Of a DNA stretch of 64,000 nt, positions 21,465 through 34,800 are shown piece after piece (position 1 is the stretch's first letter; every line of letters starts with the position of its first letter). The position numbers and the translations under genes were made by a program. This stretch comes from Tricharina praecox. Lineage: Eukaryota. The notes below the pieces were generated by a model that was not told where the DNA came from, did not search any database, and saw only the letters and a program-made list of their open reading frames with translations. The stretch covers positions 62,001 through 126,000 of the forward strand of contig NW_026250417.1 in NCBI RefSeq assembly GCF_024521635.1, given 5' to 3'.

Positions 21465-22438
21465 AGGGTTAGAGGAAGAATTTCAGGGCACCTTGTACTA
21501 TAATCTTAGGCGGAGACGTGGTTGCAATAGGAATAAGTTTGAAAAGCTTCCAGCATGGCTGAGTGAGATGTGTAGGGGTGGGCGTCTGGCGTGTTTAGGG
21601 CCATTATCGTGAAAGGTTCATAAGACTGTGACGCCCGCCGAAGGAGAAGGATGCAATGCGGAAGATGGATTGTTTGAAGAACTGGAGACCATGTAATGTA
21701 GTCATGGTTTGAGAATCGCACGAACCTAATAGCAAAGCCACTGACGGCAGTTACATATCACCGATATAAAGCACTTGAGGTAACCATGGTGCCAACATCT
21801 CAATCGCCGCTAAGTAGAGTAAGTAGCTGGTCGTTACACAATCGTGCCCGTAGATTAATCAGGGAGATTTCCCTAGGCAATTGCCGGTTTTACTCTCGTG
21901 TTCGTTAGTCTACCCAATGGCAATCCCGGCTTCAGCCCTGCCTTGAGCTGCCCTGAGTCAAAAAAATCGGTACCTCATGTAGCAGGATCGCCGAGGAACC
22001 TCTGTGAACCACCTACCAGGCACACATGCGCAGCCTTCCGTGCGCCCCTTTTTCACTAGGAATGGGGGCCAGCGGTGGATCATTACATGGGGGGGCTTCA
22101 CTAACGCTCTTCTGCTGTTGATGAGTCTTCACCTTCTCTTCTTCTGTTCACCGACACTGTTCTGGGGCCGTATGTACGTTCGTTTTCTACCCGGAGTATC
22201 GGTGGTTAATTGCGGAAAGTTACCATTCCTTTTCCCCCTTGTCTCACCGGGTCATTGATGACCGGCGCCCATTCATTCCTTCATTCATTCCATCAGTCAC
22301 TATTCACTCATTCACGGCCCAGTCAATTCACTCATTCACGGCCAGTCAAACCGTATTATCCTCTTTTACGATATCCCCAACGTTCTTTGAGCCTTTAATT
22401 CATCGTCTGGCGTGTGATATCATCATACCTATATCGCT

Positions 22439-24364
22439 ATGTCGTCTTCAGTACTCCCGAATGGACTACTCCATCTCCTTCTCCTTTCGTGCGCTCTCCC
22501 AGCCTTCGCCGCAATCAAGGCAAAGCCCGTAATGCTACCCTTAAGCAAACAGTAAATCGACATTACCCCTTCAAGATGGCCCACCCATACTGACAGTTTC
22601 AGGTATGGCATCGGTCCCGGGGGCATATGGTACTCGACGCCGCTCACCGTAGGCTCCACGAACGTCAACCTTACGCTGTCAACTTCCCTCCAACACTCCT
22701 GGATTCCAGGCGCAGAGCTCTGCTCGAGTGCCTCCAACGAAACCGCTTGTCGGGAGCCACTGGGCGGCGAATTTCCGAGCACCATCGACGGGGTGGATTC
22801 CGGCATCGCAAAAGAGTTGGGGGAGATATACCCCGAATCGAAGCTACTTCCTGCGCAAGACAAGGACTCCCAGTCGCCGCTTTCATTGAGCGGGAAGGGC
22901 AAAGTTTCGAAGCAGAAGATTACGGTGAAATCCTCCAACGCTGGATCGTTCGACCTGGGAGAGGACCTGACGATCGGCGTGTTCACAACCGAGAAACCAA
23001 ACTTCAACGGCTACCTGAGTCTTCCACAGATATCGTCGGAGCTGTTCAAGGCTGGGGCTACACCGGGGAACAATTTTCACATGTGGTTGGGACCGAGCGT
23101 GGAATCGAACGAAAGTAGCATTCCCGCTGAAAATAGCATCCGCAAGGAACACCTACTCATCTTCGGGGGCTACGATGGAAGCGCATTCGACCTAAACCAG
23201 ACGCAGCAGTACCGACTAGGAGAGGATGGGAAAATCCAGACGGAGCTGGAAGACTTGATCTACCGGTGGACTGACACGGGGGAAACCGACAACTCTCTCC
23301 TCGAGGACTCCCACGCGGTCGTGATCGACACCACGACGCCGTACCTCTGGCTCCCACAGAAGAGCGTTGACAAGCTCGTCACCATGGCCGGTGCAACGTG
23401 GAACGACAGCATGGACGCCTACTCCTTCACCACCTGTTTCAGCGATTGCACGGTTGAGGAAGACAACAGTCGCTCCGCGAGCCTGGACTTGATCCTCATC
23501 ACTGGCCAGAAGATCAGCATTTCCTTTCTCGACTTCTTCCGGGTGCAGACGGGCTGGTGGATATACGGGTCGAACTACAATCTGCCCGTACTTCCCGTGC
23601 GCGCACTGAAAGACGATAATGAGCCCATCGTGCTCGGCCGTGCGGTGATGGCGGCGCTGCACCTATGGGTCGACTACGACGAGGAGTACTTCGGCATCAA
23701 GGCGGTCAATCGAACCGAATACACGTACGCGAAGACCCAGATCGTCAGCTGGGGCTCGGACCACGCGCCCATCACCAACACCAGCATTCTGGCCGCGGCC
23801 CGGACAACCTCGAACTCCTCGCCATCTTCGACCTCCACCTCCACCTCAACCAGCTCAAATTCCGACGACAAAGGCGGAGTACCGATCACGCTGATCGCGG
23901 CCGCTACCGGCGGCGCCGCCGTAGCCGCCGTCCTCGGCGGCATCCTCGCATGTATTCTGCTGCGGCGCCGCCGCGAGAAAAAGCGTCTCGCAAACCTTGC
24001 GCCCACGAACCGCTACAGCCGCCAGGAGCTGCCCACGGACCGGATTCCCGCCACCACCACGACCACGGGTCCGCCGACACAGTTTGCTTCGGAGCTGCCA
24101 CAGGCGGGCGAGTACTACCAGCTCCACGAGCTGGATAGCAAGGTCACACTGCCGTACCAGGCACACATGTCGCCTGCGCCGGGATATAAGATGCCCACCG
24201 GGCATGGGCACGGGCACGGGCACGCAGAGGCGTATCCCGCGGGTCCGGATTATAAGCCGCCGGCGCAAGAGCCCTACTACGGCGGGTATCACCCACAGGG
24301 CGCGCAGCCGATGCCGATGCATCAGGTTTCGATACACGAGATGCCGGCGCAGACTTGGAGATAA
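22439..24364 (+). CDS. Single-pass membrane A1 aspartic-protease-like protein (~624 aa), probably catalytically inactive; exons 22439-22551, 22603-24364
   Basis: Signal-peptide exon joined in frame by intron 22552-22602; pepsin-fold motifs LLIFGGYD, VVIDTTTPYLWLP, IVLGRAVM..VDYD; Ser/Thr stalk, TM helix, RRRREKKR, Pro/Tyr/His-rich tail. Confidence 0.88.
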
Positions 24365-27300
24365 GTGGGTGGCCGTTCGGGGTGGGACTTGTCTCGTGTA
24401 GGTATCATGTATGAAGGTTTTTGTATGTACAACGACTTATGTACTAGTAGTAGTTTTGCTTTGGAGAGGCGTTTTTGGGAAGAAGTGAATTGCATTATTA
24501 TTATGGCTGAGAACGAGGATTCTTGGAAACTTCTTGGACCTGGTAAGATCATGGCAGTTACATGTTCATTCAATCCTCCCCACTGCAGTTGTCGCAAGCT
24601 CGATGTGGGTTACCCTTTGCTCTCCACCCGGCCCTCTTCCTGATCGTCCAAGGAAAGTAAATGTACACATAAGAAGGAAAGAAATCGAAGCCCGGTCCAC
24701 CCCGCTTGCTGCCATCAGCACATCTACTAGTAGTTCCTCGTCTCCCTCCGTGACTGTTCTAGTTCTGCGACCTCTCATTCAGCCTCCTTTCTTTCCCTCG
24801 CCCTCATCGTACCGCAGTCAACGGACCGTCTTTGACTTACATTCATCTGCTAGCTACTCGCAGTGACGACTATCCCCTGGGCGCGAGAGGAGGAATACGG
24901 GCGCCTCTTCCCTCCCGAATTTCTTGGAAACCGAGAGAGAGATAGGACACCAGTATATCGCCGCACACGGCATGATTTTCTTTTTAAGAAACCGCGAGAG
25001 CACAGGAATTCTGCTCCGTTGTGTACTTGTCCAAGTGACCCGCGATGATGCTAGGCACAGAGTTAACTTTAGCTTGGTCTCTCCGACTCTCAATTACGCC
25101 CACCCGCCCCCTCGTCCACAAGAGTTCCTATACCTACCGGTACCGTACGTGCATACATGCGGGTGAGCGGCAACGACGGTTTCCCTCGATACTCGGCCTC
25201 AAATAGTACAGTACCTACAGCACCATCGGCAGCGAAAAAGCAAGCACGCGCTCCGTGCTGAAAGACCTCCAGACCTCCAGACCTCCAGCCGCGTCCATGA
25301 GCCCCAGAGGAGCGCACACGTGACACGACGCGGTGGAATACGAATTAACTCGTGGCTCTAACTACGGTGGGGTACGGTAACTGTTACGTCATCGGGATGC
25401 TCGTCGTGGCCTCCATGGTGACGCTGACGGTAGCGGTGACGGTGGGAGGGTGCGTGGATTTCACTGCAACGCCGCTAACGCTCGCGGAGCGGTACGGTAT
25501 GCGTCGTGGCGTGCCCATTTCGCGTTCGCATTGGTAAAATTTTGCAGTCACGTTCGTACCTTCCAAGTGCCGTCGTCGACGGTGGTGATCATGGTAGTAT
25601 CGCCGCATCGCCGCCGTAAAGACACAACAGCCACAGAAAAACGTGTGTGGCCTGTGGTGCCTGCCACAGTGCGTACCACTTCCCGGCGGCTTTTACGCAA
25701 AAAAAAAGAGGCTTGTATCTCGTCGAGCAATCTTTTGGGATCACGGGTGCGGACTGTGGTGGTTGTCCCGAGCGTTCCTGGCCACGCTTGGAAGGGTGGC
25801 GCATAGAATGTCACTCGTCGTCGGTCCGAATCTGATCGGGGATTCGGGGTGCGAAGTGGTGTGTGAAAGCCTGAATGGGTGGATGCAGCAGGTGAGGTGT
25901 CCAAGTGAGAGCTGTAGGAGCGGGAGGGAGCGGGAGGGAAGGTAGGGAGAGGAGGCGAGAGGAGGACGCAGAGGTTGAGGGGCCGGGGCCACTCCCGCTA
26001 TTCCTCCCCCGCCCACACCTTCCTTCATGACATCTCCCGATGAAGCGGAATGGGGATTTGTCTTTTTCCTAGCATTATTTCCTCGGTACACTCTATTTCC
26101 ATCGTTAAGACAGGCCAGGGCCGAGGGCAGGAGAAGTCACATGATCACATCGTGCCGCTCGATGAAAGTCGGGTTGGACAGCGGCATGGAAACGGAGCGT
26201 TTGTGTGTATTGCCATAATCTAGACAGGTCGCATGCAATCAAGGTAAACAAAACAACAAAAAAAAAGTGGCGTGCTGAACGCCCGTCGGCCTACCTAGCT
26301 GCCTTGGTGACCAGCGCGACCAGGAAACAGACCGTGGATATGCATCATACTTAAATCCGTCATGACCAGACGGTCCGGATGCGGTCGAGTAAAGAATGAT
26401 GAAACAAAAGCGGCGTGCCACTAGAACTCGGATGCGCAGCCGCTCGAATACCCCAGCCGGGCAGCCGCTTACATACGCCGGCCGAACAATCGGGGGCAGA
26501 GGGGGCTTGGCATCATCGGTGAGCGTTGGAGAGAGGAGAGCTTGACGAGACCCGGGAGGGACCTTGTACTTGGGGGGAGAGACCTTGCAGGGACCTTGTG
26601 GGATATGGTAGAACCAAGTGTTATGGAGGAGAGACCCGATGCGGTCGTTGAACGTTGAACGTTGAAATGTTTTCTGTTGCTGTGTTTCTGTTCTGATTGT
26701 CGGTCCCTCTGTTGTTCAACACCACAGATATTCCCAAAAGTTCATAGACCTCTTTTCTTTCTTTTTCAGTTGAATCGCGTTCTACATTTCTCGTACACGA
26801 TCGTGGGTCTCTCAGTATAACACTCACCAGCCACACCGGCTCCGGCGCCAGGGAAGCCAACCGAGCATGGTCCGGCCGTGTCTCGACTTGCTGCTCCCGA
26901 TCAACGGTTATCTTCCCCGCGCAGCACACGGTGCATATGGACGACGTATGGAGATGTTGGTGGCTCGAAGCGGTCTTTTCCCTCTCGCTCCTCCCTCGAT
27001 CGCAACACGCAGCGCAATCAGGTCCGTTACGATGGATCGGATAAAATGATGACGGCAACATACCTAGCCCGTGTTTGTTCGCACTCCGAGAATCCCAAGC
27101 TATCTGCCTTCTCCGTCGGGTTGTTACAAAGCTAGGGGCTACTCTACCGGGAGGATTTATAGTCTAAACACGGGAAAGTCTGGCAGGTGCTAGGCTAGGA
27201 AGCTCATGTGCTCTGGAGCGCTGTGATTCGTGGTGAGCGGTGAGCCCAACATCGCTTGTTGCTGGCCGCTTCACCCCAACAGCCGTTCGCTACCCGTTTT

Positions 27301-30300
27301 CAGCTATAGCCTTGCGTTGGGCTGATTGGTGGGTTCCGCAAGTGCCATTACCGGGCTCGGCGGTACGCAACTACTCCCAAACCAACAGATGCATAGGAAC
27401 ACCTCCACACACGCAGCCGTTATACGAGCGCAGCCAAGTATCTACCGACGATAACTTACCGCCGTCAGCTAGCCACGTGCACATGGATCCCAGCTGGCAC
27501 CAACAGGGCGCAACACAGTCATACCGAGTGACATCGCGTGTGCCAGAAGCCCTGAGCCTCGGTCGAAGTTCGAAGTTCGAACACGCATCCATCGCTGAGA
27601 CCTGACTGCACTTGCCGCAATCACGGAGCCACCGATAAGTACCGCATCGCACGTCGCCGACGATGTTGTATCTACTATTCCAATCGATATCCGTAGTTAT
27701 GGCCATCGGCGCCGCACCCGCGCCCCAACAAACAAACAAACAAATAAACAGGAGCCTGGACCTGGGGAGATTACCTACTCATGCGTAACCGTTCACCCTC
27801 GGCCTAGAGCGAGCTCCTCCCCAACAAGGCTGCTACGGGTCCAGTCCGGTCTTGGCTATCGCTCTCCACCCACCTCGCCGTAGTTCGCTGGGCTGATCTT
27901 CGGCGTCGCATTCATTTCTCGACAATCCGTTGTATGAGTTATGCACCGATACGTACCGCATAGGCAGCACGTGAGTGCTGTCGACAAAGTACCAGTACCT
28001 TTCGTTGCACCACACCACCACCACCACCACCACCACCACCACCACCACACCCGATTCCAGCACAGTGGTGAGCTATCATGACGCCATCTGTATGCGGGAT
28101 GTCTTGCAGCGAGTCTACGAGCCTTCAGTCGGGACAGCAACGACGACAACAACAGCAGCAGAAGAACAATGGGCCAACACAGCAGCAGCAGCAGCCGCAG
28201 CAGCAATCGCATGCATCGGACGCTCGCTCGCTCACTCACTCGTCGGCGCGGGGGGTGGGTGGGTGGATAGGCGCAGGATACGACGTCCGCTCATCGGCCG
28301 CCCACGACGTGGAGGGAATGCATACGCCGCCGCCGCCGCCGGCACGTCCAACACCACCGTTCCGTCCCTTCCAGTCACCTAGAAGAATGTTTCCGGTTGG
28401 AAGGCGCACCCGCGCCCGCACATGGGCAGCAAAACGCTACAATGGACTCGAGTTGCAACACAACAACAACCGGACGGCAACCCAACCCAACAACCCTTCA
28501 GCCGAGTCAGGTGCACTTTCGTATGCGGAGACGCTCGATCCGTCACACACACATATATAGAGTACTCTCTCTACACTCTACACTCTACACTCTATCCGGG
28601 AGGCTTGATGATCACAGGTTTCAATCGGATCTATGGTTTTTACCCGCATACTCTACATTCATACACGCATTCACACATTCACACGCATACATACGAGGAA
28701 CCGAGGAATCGAAGAGGAGGAGGATGATGAAGACAATGAGTGAACGCGAAAAGCAAAGCAAAGAAGAAGAAACCCCTCATGCAGCAAGCAGGTGGACCTC
28801 CGAGTCTCCAACCGTGGGTACATATGTAGAGTAGGTATCTAGGTTCCACATACCGTACCGTACTCTTGAGTCAATGCATAGGGCAGCACGATGCACTTGC
28901 ACTTGCACTTGCCACAGCATACCTACTACATACCATCCTGAAGATCAGCGTTAGTTATGTGTGCCTCCCGTGTTCTCGACCCTAGCCTGCCGGCTCGCTC
29001 GCGCACTCGGCGTTTAGGTATCTCTCGCTTCTTCTTCGTCTTCTTGTTCTTCTGCTTGTTCTTCGTGTTCGGGCACCGGTTCCGCCCCGGCAGTGGGCAG
29101 TGGGCACGCGAGTGGGCACGCGGGCCCAAAAGCAAAAAGCAAAACCCTTTTTCCTTCCCCGCAATAATAAGAATAATAACCATAATAATAACAAAACCAA
29201 TAATAAAAATAATAACAATAATAACAATAATAACAACAGTTTTTTAATTTTAAGAAAACCCCTCGATTTTCTTTCAGTCGCTCAGTCAGTCGTTGCATAC
29301 ACCACGTGCATAGCAGGTACACAGAGTAAATTGAAAGGACTCGACTCCTCGAGGGGCAGTGTAAAAAAAAAGGGAAATTTGCGCTGGGCGCCTATATATA
29401 TTACGTCTTGCAGGGGACCGCGGCGAGCACCCCGGCCGCACGCTGGGGATCCTTGCTCTTTGCTGGAGAGATAGACGGAGTGAGTGAGGGAGTGAGGGAG
29501 TGGAGGAGTGAGGGACGGAGTGTGGTGGAGTGGAGGGAGTGCTGTGGAGGGAGGGAGTGGAGGGAGTGGATTCAGCCCCAACAACGACGACAGCAGTAAC
29601 AATAGCAACAACGACAGCAGCAGCAGCAGTGGCAGTGGCAGTAATAGCAACGGCAGCAGCAACAACAACACCGACAAAGCCAGCAACATCACTCGAAACA
29701 ATCCTCAACACCAGAGTAGCACAGCACAGCACGTCACAGTGAAGTATCGTATCCCTCTCCCTCAACGTCAACCTCTCCCTCACTTTCACCTCGACGCCGC
29801 CCTAGGGGGGGTATGAATCGCCACAAACCTCCCCCCCTCCTCCTCTTCGCCGCGGCGTCGATACTCTACAAAAGGCGAAAGGCGAAATCGAGTAGCGGCA
29901 GCGCGCACCGATTCGTCAGCTAAGCGCCCACGTCGCCCCGTCCCCCACAGGCTTCCCACAAGCATCCCACCAGCAGCCAGGATCAGCCAGGATCAGACAA
30001 GGATGGGGGGTGCTAGACTGCTAGTTGGGTGCTAATTATACCCCCAGCTCCGACACTCGGACACACACTTGTGCACACACACCCTTGCACATTGCAAGTT
30101 GCGAGCCCGACGCGGTGGTTCCGGGCGGTAGGAGCCTCAACTCAACTACATAATCCAACCACCAACAACAACGGAGGGTGGGTGGGTGGGTGGGTGGGGA
30201 GGGGAGGGGAGGGGAGGGGGGAGGGGGGGGGGGAGGGGGGGTGGTGGGTTAATCTTTAAAACAAAATAAAAGATTAATGGAAAATAAAAATAAAGAAGGG

Positions 30301-31223
30301 AATCCATCGAGACTTTCGAATTCCCCCCACACCATTTCTGTCCGCACGGAAAGCAAAACAGTAAAAATGGAGGTTGTCGGTCGGTCGGATTCACGGTTTG
30401 ATGATCACAGGAAACGTCCGAGAAAAAGTGTAGAAGGTAATAATGGGCAAGTGGTATTGCTCTTTAGTATCCCCAATCCCAATAGATCCCTTCCTTCGCG
30501 GGCCGACTCGTCGCCGTCGTCCACCTCGGCCAGCCCGCTTACATCCCATCCCACCGAGGTCACCACCACCACTCCTACCATCCACACACACCTGCACACA
30601 TCACACACACACTGCAAAAAAAAAAATCTGTACATGAGAGTAGTAGTAATCAAGAGTGGCGGACAGAAGAGAACAACAAGAATCCAAGCGAATCGAGCGC
30701 TTTAAAGAACATAATCCTCAACCCCACGAGTCCGTCGGTCGTACTGATGTGGGCCGCTTTCCTTCCCCTCCGTCTCGCCTCGGCCGTCGGGAAGAATAGC
30801 GAAAGGATGGTAGTTGTGTGTGTGTTTGTGTGTTTGTAGGAGGGTGTGTGTTTGTAATCGTGGTGTGTGTGTGGTGAGAAATTGGTAGGTACGTCCCCTT
30901 CCCTCGACTGCGAGAAAATGATAAGACAATAGAACAACGATGGCAAAAAAACACAAGACTCGTGCGCCTGAAAAAAGAAACAGTAAAAAACAAAAACACA
31001 AAACAGTAAAATCAAAAGAGAAAAAGAACGCAAGAGTAAGATCAGGACGCCAGAAGATTGCCCCCGAATGTGTCGTGAAAAAAAAGTGGAATAATGTCGT
31101 AAAGGAGATGGATATTTGTCGAGAGAAAGTGAAGTCGAATCGAAGAAGAAAAAAAAGAGAAACAGCCGGATTTTTCAACAGAGAAATCAAAACCAAAAAA
31201 AAAAACAAAGGCGGATGACCGCA

Positions 31224-31802
31224 CTACGCTATCCGTCGTCGCTTGCCCTTGGGCGCAGGCAGCAGACTCATCCGCGGCGTATAGGTAACTGTCGTGGTGA
31301 CCACCTGCTTCACCATGACCCGGCCATCCGACAGCTGCGCGCGGTCCTCCTCCTCAGCGTCGTCGTCGTCGTCGGGACAGCTTCTGGTGGATCGCGCGCT
31401 CCTGGGCCCCTCGGTGGACGGGCTCGAGTTCGCGCTCGACGGGCTTGGCGGCAGTCCGCCGCGTCGCCTCCGAATGCTGATACCGGAATAGGGCGTGGCG
31501 GGGGTGTAGTAGCCGCTGTGACGGTACGAACCCGATGAGAGCGCAGGCGAGTAGGGGAGGCTGGATGGCGGCGCCGACGAAACGGCGGGGGAGTTCATGG
31601 CGGCTTTCAGGAAGTCGGTGTATGCGGTCGGCGGGGTGATAGGTGTCTTCAGCGCGTCGTCGGCGTTCTTGAGGGCGTCGAACCGGCCATCGATGGGTGT
31701 TCTGGGTAGCTCGGATGGGAGCGGCGAAAAGGGAGACAGCTTTGACGAGCCAGGCAGGATGCCGTGGCCTTTCGTGATGAGCGGACTTGGTCGGGCAGGC
31801 AT
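31224..31802 (-). CDS. Small S/T-P-rich, probably nuclear protein (192 aa), function unknown
   Basis: ATG in good context (ATCGCCATG), coding-like composition standing out from the flanks, motifs KTPITPPTAYTDFLK and VKQVVTTTVTY, C-terminal NLS-like PAPKGKRRRI. From memory it resembles a conserved uncharacterised Pezizomycotina family (not verified). Confidence 0.85.
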   Translation of the reverse strand: MPARPSPLITKGHGILPGSSKLSPFSPLPSELPRTPIDGRFDALKNADDALKTPITPPTAYTDFLKAAMNSPAVSSAPPSSLPYSPALSSGSYRHSGYYTPATPYSGISIRRRRGGLPPSPSSANSSPSTEGPRSARSTRSCPDDDDDAEEEDRAQLSDGRVMVKQVVTTTVTYTPRMSLLPAPKGKRRRIA

Positions 31803-34800
31803 GGCGATGGAGTTTCGAGGAACGGTTGGGAGAAACGGATGTTTGTTGTGGGTAGCGGGTGGTAGTGGTAGCGGGTGGCTGCGACGTCGCTTATAGCGAA
31901 GGGAGTTGTTGCTACGGTCGATCGACTGCTGCTGGGCCGGGACAAACTATACTGATTGTTATATATATAGCGAATGGATGATGGATGAAGCTTTAAGGAC
32001 CGAAGCAGCGTTCAACATAGACTAGTGAAAGCCTGGGGGTAGTTGTTGGTGTGTGGGGGGGTGGAGGAGGAGGGGTGGAGGAGGGAGGGGGGAGGGGGGG
32101 TAGTCGATGGAGCGGCGGGACGTCGATGGTGGGGAGAGTAGGAATTGGGAGGGGAGGGAGGGGGGGTTGGAGGGAAGGCAACATTATATGTATTTAAAAG
32201 GGAACTCTGGCTGGAGACTGGTTGTAGCACAGGCCATTCACTTTCATATCCGCTACCAGGGAGGGTTTTCGCTCCGGAAATGCGCGCGCATGCACGGTTT
32301 GTGGTAGGCGAGCGCGAGCCACAGTGCAGCGCAGCCCATGCCATGGCCAGCAGCAAAAAAGACATGGAGTGAGCGAGCAGGCCGGTCGGTCAGGGCGACC
32401 GGGGGGTAGGGCCAGGGTCAGGGCCAGGAGGACAAGCACCACAGCCCGCCAGCGATGGAAGGCCGATTACTGGAATCGCTCGCGGTTGGCTCAAGGCTCA
32501 AGCCGCCCGCCGCTGCACTTGCGCCACGGTCAGTGCCCTGCACTCGTTGTCGTTCTTATTCTTATTATTAACTCTTCGCGCAGCAGAACGACACAGATCT
32601 TGCGTCGGCTTCCGCACATGACAGTCAAGCGACATGCACACGAAGGCAAAGGCGAGATCTCCCTCGGAGAGGGGGAGTGTGTGTGCGGTGATTGTGGGTT
32701 GGTGAGAGAGTGTGTGTGTGTCTGTGTGTGTGTCTGTGTGTGTGTCGTTACGCTGTTGGCCCACGACCACGACCTCCCCTCTACGGTACCTGACACCCGA
32801 TTGCCTTCTACTCATAGCTGCTATGCACCATTGCCATCACGGGGAAGTACCAATAGAGCACTGGCTGGTAGTTAGGTCCGCCCCGTCGCTACTGCTAGTC
32901 ACTGCTACAACTACTATCATACTACTGCTACTTCACCACACAGGTACAAACCCACCAGGCGACTCCACCAACTCCGCTCGCGTGCGCCCCAGAGATCTGT
33001 TTATGCGGGGTGCTACTATTCCCATCCGGCGGCCAGGGGGGATGGTAGGGTACTACTCAGGGCAGGGGAAGGCAAAACGTGGGTTGGAGGAAAGGGAGGG
33101 CAACTCTGAAACGCGTGTCAAGTTGTGAAGAGTACGGTAGGAGATGCATCCCGTTTAAAAATGGTTACAGACGAGCCGTGCCGATACTCGAAACACATGC
33201 ATCGGATGCCCTTGCAACGTAAAGTATGATAGAGTGCTCTACATACATACGGTATGCATGCACACATTGCACGCACCGAAGACAAGAAAAGAACTGATGG
33301 CTATGTCAGTACTCTGCTGTAGTAAGAGTGAGAAGTGTATCGAGTAGAGTGCCTACTACTCACTACTGACCTAGTCTCCAGTATCCGGCTAGCCTGGGGC
33401 TTTCCCACGAACCCGTTACTCGGTATGCGAGACAGCCATCATCTCTGTCTCAGCAATTCGCTACTAACTAGCAACTAGCACTGGGGCCCTCTATGGTAGC
33501 GCCGGCGCCTATGTACCCAACCGGTCCAAGTACGAGTTGGGGGGGGGGAGGGAGGGCGACTTCCTCCTCCTCGCACTCGACCAGCGGGAAAGAAGGTGAA
33601 GATCGGGACCGGCAGATGCCAGGACGGGGGCGGCCGAGTTGCGATGTGATGGCCTTCCACGTTTGAGAGTCGGATGGCTGGCCTCGGGGGGCCGTTACTA
33701 CTCTATGATAGCATTGTCCGAGCGAGACCGACTTCTCTGGCGGGTTTTGTCAGCTCGTCGGCTCGTCAGATATCTCGAACCAAATCGGCGCGTGTACATA
33801 GAGTAGTACCGTATCATACTGTACCATACCGGCGAGCGAGGATCCGAGGTATTACTCTAGTTACCGTGCATATGGTAGTAGGTAATAGTAGTTACCTACC
33901 CAGATTCCACTCGAGGATCAAGAGTCCGAACTTTGGGGGAACTTACCAAAAAAAAGATCGCCGTATGGTGGGTGTGGGTCGAGTGGGTCGCGAACTTGCC
34001 GTGGCGTCGAGGGAAATTCATCCTATGGAACACACCCCCCCTCCCCCGGATCCCACAATCTACTCATAGAGTAAAGTGCTCTACCACCCTAGCGTGTAGG
34101 TAGGTGGATGGGTGGATAGGTCGCCGCGGTCACCCTTCTTCCTCAACCTTCCCCCGCCTAGGCTCAGCCTTCTCATCCATCTTCTGTCTGTCTGTCTGTC
34201 CATCTGTCATACGAGTCCTTGCGCGACTCGTTCGTTCGTTCGGCACAGCCCTGTGCCAGCTGACGACTGACTGGCCACGGTCACTCGATCATCTACTATG
34301 TGGCCAGCCCAAGACCGCGCGGCTAGAACGAACGAACGAACGAGCTCCATCGTTCGAGCGATAGATTGGGAGATTGGGAGATGGGAGATTGGGAGATTGC
34401 TACGCCGTGGATGGGTGCCTGGGAGGAGCCATTGAGTACCCTACCCGGCGTCCGGTATGGACATTACGGTGGAACATAGTGGGTCGGCCGTCACCTGTCG
34501 GTTCGTGTAGAGTATCTAGAGTAGACACAGATGAGCGGCGCGCGCTTCGTGCAGAGAGAGTATTTACGGATTCCGTCGCTTTCGGGAAGGAAACACACGC
34601 AGCGGAGAGTAAGAGCTCCGTTCGACGGAGGAGGAGGAGGGGCTCTGTTGGTTACATACGGGCCCGAGTAGTTACAGGTGCCTTACGAGCTTTCGGGACT
34701 GACGCGCGCGCCCACACAACGGAGAGAGTGCGCGCGCCCACACAACGGAGAGAGTGCGCGCTCGAGTCCCTTGGTTGCCACATGGTTGCCAGCTGTGGAA

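Noticed and set aside
13544-24364. Polyprotein + SDR + protease-like gene as a dikaritin/RiPP cluster
   Set aside because: No DUF3328/UstY, tyrosinase or transporter in the window; modules are large and heterogeneous; the protease homologue looks inactive. Adjacency alone is not evidence.
31959-32018. 19-codon uORF upstream of the 192-aa gene
   Set aside because: It overlaps a TATATATATAA element that may be the core promoter, so it may not be transcribed; undecidable without TSS data.
34704-34761. 26-bp tandem duplication (similar 34-bp duplication at ~62244-62313)
   Set aside because: Ordinary local slippage duplications, abundant in this domain.
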